From the NCBI GenBank assembly GCA_965235115.1, contig OZ249436.1, positions 54,686,001-54,750,000 of the forward strand: 64,000 nucleotides of DNA. Direction: 5' to 3'. Below, one piece after another: positions 13,398 through 25,837 of this stretch. The stretch comes from Laetmonice hystrix. Lineage: Eukaryota. Under the pieces are notes generated by a model. It saw only the letters and a list, made by a program, of their open reading frames with translations. It was not told where the DNA came from and searched no databases. Position 1 is the first letter of the stretch, and each line of letters begins with the position of its first letter. The position numbers were made by a program, and so were the translations under genes.

Positions 13398-13569
13398 ATG
13401 CTCTGTGCTTCAGGTATTGGTGACACATTGTCGCCAGTGTTAATGTTGGTCTGCTCTGTGCTTCAACTTCAGGTATTGGTGACACATTGTCGCCAGTGTT
13501 AATGTTGGTCTGCTCTGTGCTTCAACTTCAGGTATTGGTGACACATTGTCGCCAGTGTTAATGTTGGTC
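13398..13569. repeat. 59-bp tandem repeat, about 3 copies
   Basis: Unit TGCTCTGTGCTTCAACTTCAGGTATTGGTGACACATTGTCGCCAGTGTTAATGTTGGTC at ~13399 (shorter), 13452 and 13511. Confidence 0.9.
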
Positions 13570-16246
13570 AAGAGTTGTCTCTGCAAGCCTAACTTGCTGT
13601 GAGACCATATATTCATAAGTTCCAATCTTAACATTTGAACAGAACACCGTGGAAGTGAAAGTCGTGATTTGTACCATATATACAGTATTTGCAATAAATG
13701 GAATCAATGTGAATGTGAGTGTGGGTGTACGTATGAATGTGTACTTCGTGTGGCTCATTTTGTGTTATCAAACATGGATTGCATAGTTAAAAAAAGTATT
13801 TTTGATATTTAATACATGTATACAGTATGTCTAAAATGCCATGATGGCTGTAGTATCGCGGCACAAGATGCACTGCATCGACCAAAAAAAGCATCACTTT
13901 GAATGTTCAAACAACCCAGCTCCGACTCTGACATCCTAGATATTTGTCTCAGCAGTCGGCACGTCGATTCCAGCGACTTGAGCGAGTTGAATGACGGTTT
14001 CCCAAGGCAAGACATAATAATTGGTTATTTACCCATGGTTGGATTTTACTGAATATGATTGTATATACAAGGTACATAAAACTTATAGCTACAATAAAGG
14101 ACTAGGGCAATAAATGATATTTCGGTTGCTTTTTTTCGACAATCAAGCTCTCTCTTTAAGTTAAGGAATGTATTCAGCGACCCCCCCCCCCCCCAAAAAA
14201 AAAAAACACAAAAAAACAACAAAAACCAACAACAACAAAAAAACGTTTCTTCCAGATCTGGCCCGACACACCAGACATGATAGCCTCAAAATGAGCCAAG
14301 GTTTATGTTGAGACATTGCCAGTAACCACGGAGACCCGAGACCGTAATCCCGTAACACCTATTGTTCGTCGTGGCAACTGATACCGATGGGCTGTCGTTT
14401 CGTGCATGCCCCTCGAGTGGAATTTTATAGTGTCACTCTCCGTTTCTTTGATCTTGCCTCAAACTGAACTCGGATCACTGCATTAATCACCGTCCAAAGA
14501 CGTCCACAGGGGTTCACTGACTTATGGATGTCAAAATCTCAAATTAAAAGCCCATGTCCTTTTTATTTGGGGGTTATCACAAATCGATGCCCGATCACAG
14601 TAAAAAGGAAACTACCCAACTATTTATTATTACCTGGCTTTAACCATCAGTTCTCGGACCTCAGGTCGGTACGCAAGATTAGTTTGGAAGGGCGGGTACT
14701 CTTGAAAGGAAAGTGGCATTTTCCCAATAATTCTTCACTATAATTACATTACTGACCTTTTATATACGCTTAATGCCATGGGACGGGGTTAAAAATAGAC
14801 TCGTTGGGAAACCCAAATCTTATTTACATGCATTTTATTTTGACCGTCATAAATATAATGAGTACAGTACACATACCGACAGGACCAACATATACTACCT
14901 AGATGAAACAACCAATACAACCCAATTCATTCAGAGGTATAAATTCCCATGTTCTACATCACTGTCTCCAACAACCAGTATAAATATCCCGAGTGCCCCA
15001 TTCCTTAGTTTAATCAACGAGTTGGTTTAATATTTGCCTGAACCCTGTGTTCTCCCATCACACTTTGAGCCATATCCCTGGCATCAGGCACAAAAATGAC
15101 TTACGATGAACATGCAACCAGCCCACCCGACCCAAACACAGCTGCCAAGCTGCTAAATCTGAAAGTAACCGATTTGTTACTTATCACCCACATTATTAAG
15201 AGCAATACATGTATATTTCAATATTTGTGTGCATTTGTAATGTAGTAAATATTAACCCACTATGTATAATTGACTGAAGAGATCAGTTTATCCATGGAGG
15301 AATAATCACACGAAGGTACTTGTAGTTAACCTGCATCCCCTTCATAAATAATTAGCTCAGTGTACAGTTGACGTAGGGTTGTGCCATCGACGCGCATTTC
15401 TTCACAATCACAGAGATCAGCTACCCTAAACAGGGAGATTAAAACGTCAAAACTCAATAGATGATGGACAGGACGAGCCCAACATTACAACCCTGTACAT
15501 TTATTTACTACTTGAACTGCAGGTACCGTAAAAGCATCTTTGCAATAAGTGTAACAAAGTGATACAAGAGTCTAAAATCCATACCCTATCGGCATCCTGC
15601 ATAGAAAAAACTTTGGTTCAATGAATAGGTCATGACATAGGACTTGCAGGTCTTAAAGCAGTCCGTACCATTTTCCACAAATAACGAGTGCAATTTATAT
15701 TCGGTCTTTCACGTTTGAAATTGGCATGAGCATGCTTGACACAGCAAATCGTTATATCTTCACATAAAATCAGCGACTGCACGATTCAGTGCATATTGCT
15801 GTGGCATAACTAAGTGACATGCAATGATTAGACTTCAATGTATAAGCCTCTGTGCCGTATTGGGGTTCTGGAAATGCGCATCCATCTTCAGGTATTTTGG
15901 TTGCTCGTTTTAGTCCTAAAGGTATTCCCCTTTTATGGTTGACCATGATGGATGCGCACCCTCCCCCCCCCCCCCCTGGATCTTCCCCATAACTCTATAT
16001 CAAAAAGTTGAAATTCGGTAAAAACATCTCAGATTAGTGTATCTTTTGGAGGATACACTCCATGATTCATAAATGGCAAGCACACCGGGTACTTCGATGA
16101 TAATTAAAAGTAAATTAAATCTGGCCAAACGTCAGTTGACACCTATTATTCCTGACAATAGCCCTCTCAGTACCAACAGCATCACAGTCAAATGATATCA
16201 CCACAAAGCAGTTACCTTATAACAAAAGTCCTATACTGGCAAGCCA

Positions 16247-17611
16247 TCAACTTCCATAAGCGGTAAGGCTGTTTGCGCTGCGACTCTTCTTGATGTTTCC
16301 ATTGATGAAAGGAAGCCCCTTGCCTGACCTTGCCTGGTTATATTTTGTGAAGGTATATAGGACACCACCGAGGAGGTTGACTGAAATCCCCGACACTGTC
16401 AGCACATTGATGCTGATCCCACCAAAGGTAAACATTCCTATTGCTGTCTGAACTATGGATTTCAAAGTTCCGACAATGCTCGTTGTAAGGGCCGAGTTGA
16501 GAGTCGTGCACAAGAAGAGGAGATAGTTGAGTGACGTCCCAATGATGATGGTCAAGGAGAAAGAGATGAGAAAGCCCGCCGTGGGGTGGGTGAATGCCCT
16601 CAAGGCAAGGGGCATCTCAGCGCTGAGGACCGAAAAGAAGAGGAGGAAAGGGGCTGTGTTGTAACTGTTGAGGTGCAGTGTCTCGCTGGCCGTGGCATTG
16701 CTCTGGGTGAACTGCTGCAGCAGGACCAGGTAGAGAGCCTGTGTGAACACACTGATGCCACCAAAGGTGTATGCCTTCAGGTCAAAGGCTAGGTCTCCAA
16801 AACCTAAAACAAAAGTGAGAGTGGTTACCAAGTCACTATACATCTGGTCAATATTTGATCTGTGTTATTGTTCAAATGAAGAATTACTGTACTAAACATC
16901 AACTAGTTTGGGATGAAGATTTTCTTCAGAAATCGGTTTTTATTCACAGTAAAGCAATGTTCCTCGACACCAATTTAGGACTAGCTTCCCCCTATAACCC
17001 CAGGAATTTTTCAGATTTTTTTTCCCAGAGATCATTCTTATGCCTCACGTTGATTCAGATTTTTTTTCCTTCGGGCTGCATTTTTCTTGTGCTTTTATGC
17101 ATTCCTCACAGCCATTTTGTAATTTACATAAACTTGTACTAGTAGTGCTATGAGAAAGTTTGTTCTTACCAGCAATGAGACATCCAGCAGTGATGAGAGC
17201 AACTGCTACAATGATCCTGGAATGGGGCCAGCCCTTCCCCAGGATAACCGTCCCAAGGATAAGGGTGACCAGTGGGCCGCATCTCTTCACCACACTGTAC
17301 ATCGGGATGTTCATTCCGCTGAGTGCATGTAAGGCCAGCACAGAGTGTGTGGCGTAAATGATGGAGGGCATCAGGAAGCTCCGACCTCGCTGAAGGCTAT
17401 ACCGGGGCAGACTGACCACCTTCGTGAACCTCAGCAACTCCAGAACAAAAATAGTGAAGAGCATTTGGAAGAACATAAGTGTGAACTGGTGGGTGAAGCC
17501 GTAGGTGTTCATCAGTATCTTGTTGATGAAGGCCATTGAAGTGGAGCAGACACCATAGATGACAGCAACAACGAGACCACGACATTTCGATTCCGTGACC
17601 TTCACTGCCAT
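16247..17611 (-). CDS. SLC35D-family nucleotide-sugar transporter, paralogue B (2 coding exons)
   Basis: Exon 17763-17170 (acceptor TTTTCAG, ATG at 17611, though the frame is open from the acceptor; donor GTAAGA) and exon 16803-16247 join as CLIAG|FGDLAFD. It has the same motifs and the same phase-1 intron position as paralogue A. Confidence 0.9.
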
Positions 17612-20495
17612 GTTGGAGACTGTGTTCTGGTCTTCACTGCGGCAAGCTGATGTGGAGCTTTGGTCTACACAAGGTGAACGGACCTGCTGCGACACGCCAG
17701 GGATGTTCTTTGACTTCAACAATCCATTATTAGCACTCCATGCTTTTGGGACCTGGTGAACACCTGAAAATCATCATTAATTTTGTTATAGATAGATTTC
17801 TCTTCATTTGTCAGACAATGCCAACTTTTCAAACTTATGGGGATACGTTTAATTAAAGGGTATGCGTGTTGACACTACAATTCTAAACAAATACTGTAAT
17901 AATATTTCCAGCCAAACTGAAACTATTTGGGTCAAATTGATGTGATAAGTAACTGTCCTCACTGTGTAAGTACTCGTACCCTCCTCCAAGAAAATCTGAC
18001 TACAGGTTTAGATCTGTTGTGAGACAACATTTACTGTAGTGGAATAATAAGGTTGTCGCTAGTTATGCAGTTTTCCTTGGCCCCCCATTAAAGTGATGGG
18101 CAGCCAACAACCATTTACGGGGAAGAAGACAACATTCTGTATGTTATCTTGAAAATCTATAAGTGAAACTGTGGTCACGGAAACCCTGAACAAGTCCTCT
18201 GGCCAAAATAAAACTGGTCACGAGTGGTCAGATGGTTGACCCATTCACGTTTTCATGGATGTTTGTACCATTAGGTGTGACGAAACATGACATATATCAG
18301 TCATGTGACGTCACACAGCCATGTGGCGTGACTTAATGTATAGCATCATCCGTCACATCTAACGTCCCATGACATGTGACGTAATTTATTGTATCCAGCA
18401 ATGTGACGTAACGTCGCATGAGGTAGTTACCGTCACGTGACATGTGTGAACACCACATACTATTTGCGTGACATAACATGATTCACAACCTCACCTCACG
18501 TGTGTGTTACGTCAGGCAAATAGTATGTGATCTTCATTTCTTACCATGTAATGTTACATAACCTGACACAAATACTGTCACGTGGTGCATAATGTCACAT
18601 GACGTCACACAACTTTCAATAAGGGCCTTTAACTGCCTGGCACAAAACTATTGAACTACAATGTATTCTGAAATCAACCCCTCAGTTACCGTCACGTTGC
18701 ACACACCACGACCGGGACACAAAGATCATGCAGAATCAATCATACCCGAAGGTGACTGCTGAGCTGGGGGAAGATGCTCTTTCCAATGAGTTCCCAGCAC
18801 ACGGCAAACACTGGGGTTTAGCCCAATTCTAGCTATATTTCCATCTGTTATTTCTATATCCATCTTAAGAGCAGATGATGCCTTGAGGTATTAATGAATT
18901 CATGAGGCATTACCTTAAAGTTCTTTTTTAATGGACAAATGAAATAAAATAATCCTCAGAAATTGTAAAATATAAATTGGATTAATCAAACGGGAGATGA
19001 CTATCTTTTTAAAAAAATGGAAACCTACTTCCTGTGATTCGACAATGAAGCCTGCATATTTGCTGATGGCCCACCCTTATGGTACCGGCATCACTATTTG
19101 TACACAAATTGGGGACTAGGCTACGCTATAAATAGATTAAGAGATGTTCCCTTCTGAAGATTTCATCCGAAGTACTGACAGGGTAATCTCTACTCATAGT
19201 AATAGCTATATAAATCAAACTGTTCACTTTACCTGTAAACATGCCTCATGCAAGCACATAATGTTTATCAGGGTACTTTATACTTACCACCAAACTGCTT
19301 AGAAATAAAGCTGGATCTACAGGTACATGGCCATGACAAACAGGCTTCCTATCCTATCCTATGAAGAATTAGTCCACTAAAGAGAAATCTTTCACAGCCT
19401 AAAACTTTTTAATACAAGCAAATTTTAAAAGTTGCACACTGACACATTAAGCAACAGCAACCTTAGAAGCTCTATGTGACCTGCCACTTGCGACTAGTTA
19501 ATGAAGAAAATATTTTCATTGACAAATTTATTATAGATCTAAATTATCACATTATGCCCTGTATACCGTAACCGGTAACCCATTTTTTCCCTCACCCCAA
19601 CTACCGGAACTTTGTTATACCATTTTTAATGGAATCAGGGTACAGAATCTTTTAATAGGGTGTCAATTCTGAAATATTAACTTTCCACTTGTTTCCATAA
19701 ATTACTAAAAAAGAAGGAGTAACCTACCGGTACTGAAATTTTTATAACTTAAAACTATGTACCCAAAAACAAAACGTGAAAGTAAAATGAAGCATCAATT
19801 TTGATACATTTCAATTCATGGAAAAAATCACTAAATATGGTAAAGGTAAACCACTGAAATGTACCTTTCAAAATACATAGATTTTGAGGATTCCTTATGT
19901 GACGTAAAGCTGGTCCACTTTACTCTATTATACATCCACAATGCATCTTTCACACACACACAGGAGCAGTCGATTTTTCAATTAGGACAAATGCCATGTG
20001 CAGGGCTTTCTATAAAAATCTACTTGCCCATATCCAATTATCTAAGTCTGCACTCTTGAAACTGGGCTACAGCGTGTAGTTTCTGGACTTGTCCAGTCAT
20101 TGGATCGACTTCAAGGTGTAGGGTGACATGAATAGGCCATGCCTGTCACATTCATATAAAAGCCACTTCTCTACGGTCACATTTACAACACATGACTAAA
20201 CTGGCACATAATATGTCATGTTAATTTTACCTGTTATTTTTCTGTCATCTTGGCCTTCAATGGGAGGAGACCTGTAATTCTACCAAAGAATGCTCATCAT
20301 CACATCAACATGCTGCAGAGATCATTCTCATTATATATTATAGGCCCTTGAGCTGTGGCACTTGTCAGTTATGACCATGAGGTCACTACAGACAAAAGAC
20401 ACATACCATACAGACCGGTAGTGGAAGAGGTTACCAGAAACTCTGTTCGGATTTTGAGGTGTACGGATTAAAGAAGCACACGGATTAACGAGGTC

Positions 20496-20937
20496 CAGGG
20501 TTGTTTGATTTAAATCATTGATTTAAATCATGATTTAAATCACTGCAACAAAATTGTGTTTTTGATTTTTTTTTTTGCATTTTTAAAAGCTTTCTTCATA
20601 TTTTTCATCTATTTGCCACTGGTAGTTTGGATTAACATTTTTATAAATTCTTGCTAGTACAAAGTAATTTTGGTTGCAAATAAGGCCCACCTTTTTTAAT
20701 TATTTCGAGTTCATAGTTAATAAAAGACAATTCTTGACTATGTCAGGCAAAACAATTGGGAATATTGCATTAAAAATTGCATCAAAATCACATACTTGTA
20801 TTTGTGATTCATTCAACTATCTGTTCTGGGACAAAAATAAAAAAAATCTGATTTAAATGAAAAAAAATCTGATTTAAATAAAAAAAAATCCGATTTTTTT
20901 GATTTAAAAAAAAAAGCACGATTTTTTTCCAACCCTG
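20496..20937. mobile_element. hAT-type MITE
   Basis: Termini CAGGGTTG...CAACCCTG, perfect 8-bp TSD ACGAGGTC, and subterminal GATTTAAAT repeats. Confidence 0.88.
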
Positions 20938-21941
20938 ACGAGGTCTGACCATAAGTTATAACTCACCATATCATGCATTGTTAATGCCACAGATGCCCTG
21001 GCCAGGTCAATCCACTGGAATACTTCTTCAGTTTACCCTGGAGCAATGAATACTGCTTGTCCTCAACCTTGTTACAGGAGGCACATGCCAACGTTGGTGG
21101 TAGCTGGAGCCTAGTAGGATTCACCTATTGTTTACTTCCTGCCAATGTTCATAGCCCCTGGCTGTAAATCTCCACATGCCATCCGATACTGGCGATACTG
21201 ACACCCATGTTCAGGTACTTGTTTCTGTTTGACAATAGAGAAGTAAAAACACGTAATGGAATGAGGGTCCTTCACTGTGGGAAAGTATGGAACGAGATAC
21301 CTGGTGTATGAATACGGCACAACGCTTCCATACGATGTCGCATGACCCCCATATTCACGATGTGTAACAATCAAATCAGTCCCTATGGAACACGCATTCC
21401 ATACAGATACAGACCACCGTCTGGCACTCCCTGAATGGCACTGGCTGATAGAATGACACAGTTCGACTCATGACTGATTTAATAGGTACGGTATCCATTT
21501 ACCTGTCTTAACTTAGCTCCAGTCACACAGGATTGTATGTTTTCTGGATTGTGTGATTAGTGGTGAATTGGCCTACGTACGACCAATCGGCAATGTTTGC
21601 TACGGTCTCCATAATTTGCAGTTGCAAACTGCTCCAAATATACATGGTCTCATAAGGCTCTGCGACCAGTCACATGCTCTTTCTACGATGTACCTGCGAT
21701 TCCAACATTTTTCGGTCGCAGCTAGGCCATAACCTGGTTGCAGGCCCGGTGTGGCTGGGGCTCTAGCTGGCTTTCAAATGAAATGAATGAAGGCAGATTT
21801 TGCCATATTATAAATCATGTTCTTATTATCATAGATCATTGCATTATTTGCATGACGACCTTATGTATAGATGCAAACCTGGATGAGAATTCCTGATTTC
21901 CACGTTGGAGGACGAAAATTCCGAATGATGTCAATTTCTAA

Positions 21942-22520
21942 AGCCAGTTGCACATATACTGACCCGGGCCCGGATCACAAACAAAGTCAAGTCAACTTTA
22001 ATTGACTTGAAGTCAATTTTACTTGAATCTGATTGGTTAAAATGGATTTCAAGTTAATTAAAATTGACTTGACTTTGTTTGTGAACTGGGCCCAGATCGC
22101 CTGACCACCCCATTGGGGAGGATCGGGTCGGTTGGTCGGTATATGTGCAATACATTGCGACCCCACTGGGTCGCAGAAACAGGTCGGGGAATCGGCAGTC
22201 AGACATGTCAGACTTTGCCCGACCGAGTCAGCCATTCGGGTCGCGAACGGGATATGTGCAACCGGGTCTGGTAGCAGGTTTGACCGACCGTGCCTGAGAA
22301 TGGTTAGTGGAATGTATTTTCAGCCGGCTAAAAGACAGCTTTTATCATTTCTATCACTATCCAATTTTGACGTCAGTTGTGATAACTGATATTGTGACGT
22401 CGATCGCGATATCTTAACACTCCCGTCACTAAACAAGCCCAACCCGACTGACCAACCCGACCGGGTCGGGCCGGTCAGTCGGGGGTCGGGTCGGTAGACC
22501 TGCTATATGTGCAACCGGCT
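21942..22520. mobile_element. PIF/Harbinger-like MITE containing a smaller palindromic MITE (~21966-22093)
   Basis: TIR AGCCAGTTGCACATATA / TATATGTGCAACCGGCT with TAA on both sides. Inner element GGGCCCGGATCACAAACAAAGTCAAG...CTTGACTTTGTTTGTGAACTGGGCCC. Confidence 0.8.
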
Positions 22521-22600
22521 TAAGGATGATAATTCCATGTGCCAAGAAAAAATTCGAGTGCTCAACTTACACAGTGTTACTGTTTCACTGTCACAATAAG

Positions 22601-23082
22601 AGGGGTATATATGGGTCCTAGTTTTTATGCCCGTGTCCCAGTGTCACACGATAAGAAATTTGTCCATGTCGCATGTCACTTTTTAAAACGATTCAATCAT
22701 GTCTCGTGTCACTTTTTAAGCTCCGGACAGTCTAAGACTAAGACTGAGACTGGCTCCAGTGTAGGCCTAAGACTATAAATGTTGTATAGGTACTAGGCCT
22801 AGGCCTAGATGGATATGGCAGATCTAGGCCTGTCGCTTTTACGGTAGGCCTACGTCACACGTCGCTATTTAGTAATTGTCGATGTCGTGTGTCACCTGTT
22901 AAGTAAAACAATGTGTCTCATGTCTATTTTTATTGCAATTCTGGATGTCTCACGTCGAATTTTATCAGCCATTTGGGAGCTGTGTCCGTCGCACGTTAAG
23001 AAGAGGGTGTCGCAATGTCGCCCTTCATTTTACGGCCGTGTCGGCGTGTCGATCGTGTCGAATTTTACCCATGTATACCCCT
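22601..23082. mobile_element. Non-autonomous TIR element with a 6-bp TSD
   Basis: TIR AGGGGTATATATGGGT / ACCCATGTATACCCCT, AATAAG duplicated at 22595-22600 and 23083-23088, and internal TGTC(G/A)C motifs. Confidence 0.8.
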
Positions 23083-25837
23083 AATAAGCAACTTAATACG
23101 GATTAAAGTGAATTAATTTGGTGGCTTGTGACAGACATGTTTACAGCCAAAACTAATGAATAGGCTCCAAATATGATAACCACAATGACATTCCATCTAA
23201 TTCTAAAACAGGTAGAGTCTATTCAGTCTGCTACTGTGCTAGGCTATAAAATAATATCACCTTATGTTATGATTATCAGGGATTTGTCATTTGACGTGGC
23301 AAAATCGGTAATTTTGGGTCGACTAATCCTAATCATGATGACCCCAAAACAAGCGTAATCATTACCGATCACGGCGAAAACAGTGACTAGAGAGTCTAGG
23401 ACCAAACGAATGAGATCTAATAATTATGTGTTATATTGGTACGTGTTTGTAAACACTAAACTTGAGTGTTGACCATCCGACCAACCTGTACACGCCAGTC
23501 GGTGGGTCTCCGTGCAGTCGTCGGCTACCGTGGCTACGGCCGCTACCAACATAACGGAAGTTGAGATTTTATCTTATTCTGTAAAGAGTTCTAAACTCTG
23601 ACCCGGATGTAGGGCGGAAAATTTGACGGCCAGACAGATGAGGCTGATGTTGGATGGCCCAAGCCAAGACCAAGCCAAGGGACAGCGAGTGACTGGACAT
23701 CACTGGACATGATCACTCCATAAAATTCGTCATTCTGTCTGTGAAGAGTTCAAGGAGTTGTAAGTAGTAATATGACTTTAGCCGGGCGGTACCCAGGCCA
23801 GGGCAGGCATGGCAGGGCCAGGGGCGAGCTAGGGCTAGGCCGCTAGGCCAGGGCACTGAACTCGGGCCTTAGCCTGCTTAGGCTTAGCGGCTAGGGCTAG
23901 GCTAGGCGACTAGGCTCCTGTCACCTGTGCATGGTTCGGATAACATAAGTACAACTACAAAACAAGTAGATCTATAACGATAGAACTGTACTGGCACTAG
24001 ACTCTACCACAGTATAAAACGTGAGATGGCGCCACCAACAGAGGTGGAGAAACCAAAACTGCAAATACAAAATATTTATTCTCTGAATGACACTCCAGTG
24101 TAATTGCATGAGTTAATTTACAGTTTTTTTGCTGTGGAGGTCGTGTGTAGCCTATACATTTCCACAGCGTGATGTGATCAAGGACATAATAAACAAATAG
24201 GTATGATCAAAGCCGTAGTGGACGGCTTTGGGATGATCTTACAGTACACCAAAGACCTATGGCTATAAATAAATCTTTGCTTACAGTACTAAGTTACAGT
24301 GCTGCCATCTGTTGCATAGTGTTGGACTTGTGATACTACTGAGCTAGGTCATACCCAGAGCTGGGATGCACACCTTTCCAATTTCATTATTACAGTGTTG
24401 CCAACCTGGGGAACTAAAAAATTACTGACCCGTACGCGGAGGCTGCATCCTGTTAAAGTGTTCGTGGACACATCCCCCATAGGTATTTTTAAGAACCAGA
24501 TCTTCTATTATGACTCAAAAATACTGTAATTTTACCTCCTACCCCCTTGCGGGACTGAATTTTGCTCTGCAAAAAAAATTGGTAATGTAATTATGTTGGC
24601 AGGTCTGTACGGAGCCCTGTTGGGGACATAAAACAAATTCGTTTACGAGAAAAATATTTGTATTGATCTCATAATTACCACTTAGTGACGTCATTAACTC
24701 CTTATTATGACTTAATGACGTCACTAAATCACTAAATAACGACGTCATCGTTACGAGTTAATTGCGTTCGTTTCAGAGAAAAAATTTGGTGGTGATCTCA
24801 AGTCGTTTTTAAGAGTTAATTGCATTCGTTTCAGAGAAAAGATTTTGTGGTGATCTCGTAATAAGTAGTGACGTCATTAACTCGTTATTTAATATGATGA
24901 CTTAAAATGATAACGACCAAAGCCTGCCGTACACTGGGTAAGGTCAAATCTCAAAGTTAAATGGTGTTAACGCTAGGTATTAAGAAAGTGTTAGATTATA
25001 AATCAAAAATTTGACCCCGTCCTGGGTGTTTACTTAACACTGAGTTAACACTGTCTCAACAAAACACCTAAAACACACCTTGTAAACACCTAGATAACTC
25101 AGGTGTCCCCTTTAAAATCTCAGTAAGGTCCCAGGTCTCTTTGGAATACCATAGAAAACCATACCTAAAGCAGGGTTGGCGCCAGGCCATTGAGAAATGG
25201 GATCCCAGGACCCCATGTGTTTAGAAAAATGGGGTCCCAGTTGAAAAAATGGGGTCTCAAAATAAACTGAACCAAACATTGTTATATGGTGGATACAGTC
25301 TCTTGGAGAAAATCAATTTCCTGGGAGTGGTTTCACCAAAATATTTAAGGGCAGGATTCCACTTTAGTTTAAAGTCACCCATTTCAAAAGTAGGCAGGTG
25401 TTTCTGTCAAAGGTAGCGTTTTCGAGATTGCCTGAATGCCCTGATCCAATCACAAATTCTTTTCATCTATGATGGTATACACAAGTATACATAACATCAT
25501 GAACATTTTCAATTCAGAATGAATTCCATATATCTGACATATTAAGGAGCCCTTACCTCAGGTCTACTGGCCAGGGTTTCCGCCAGAAAATAATTAATGG
25601 GGGGGGGGACGGGGGGCCCTCCCCCAGAAATATTTTTTTCATGAACTCCGGAGATGCGTTTTCCTGGCCTCTCAGAGCGAGAATAGCTTAAAAAAAACAC
25701 TGCTCTGCAGATTTATGGGGGGGATATCCCCCTCATGTCCCAATCATGGGGGGGATAAATCCCCCCCGTCCCCCCCCCTCTGGCGGATGCCCTGCGTGGC
25801 GTAATAGATCTATACCTGTAGCCATAAGCCCACTCTC

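Noticed and set aside
21000..21460. Exon-like composition and an 80-aa ORF (also 46796-47123)
   Set aside because: No recognisable motif or consistent splice partners were found.
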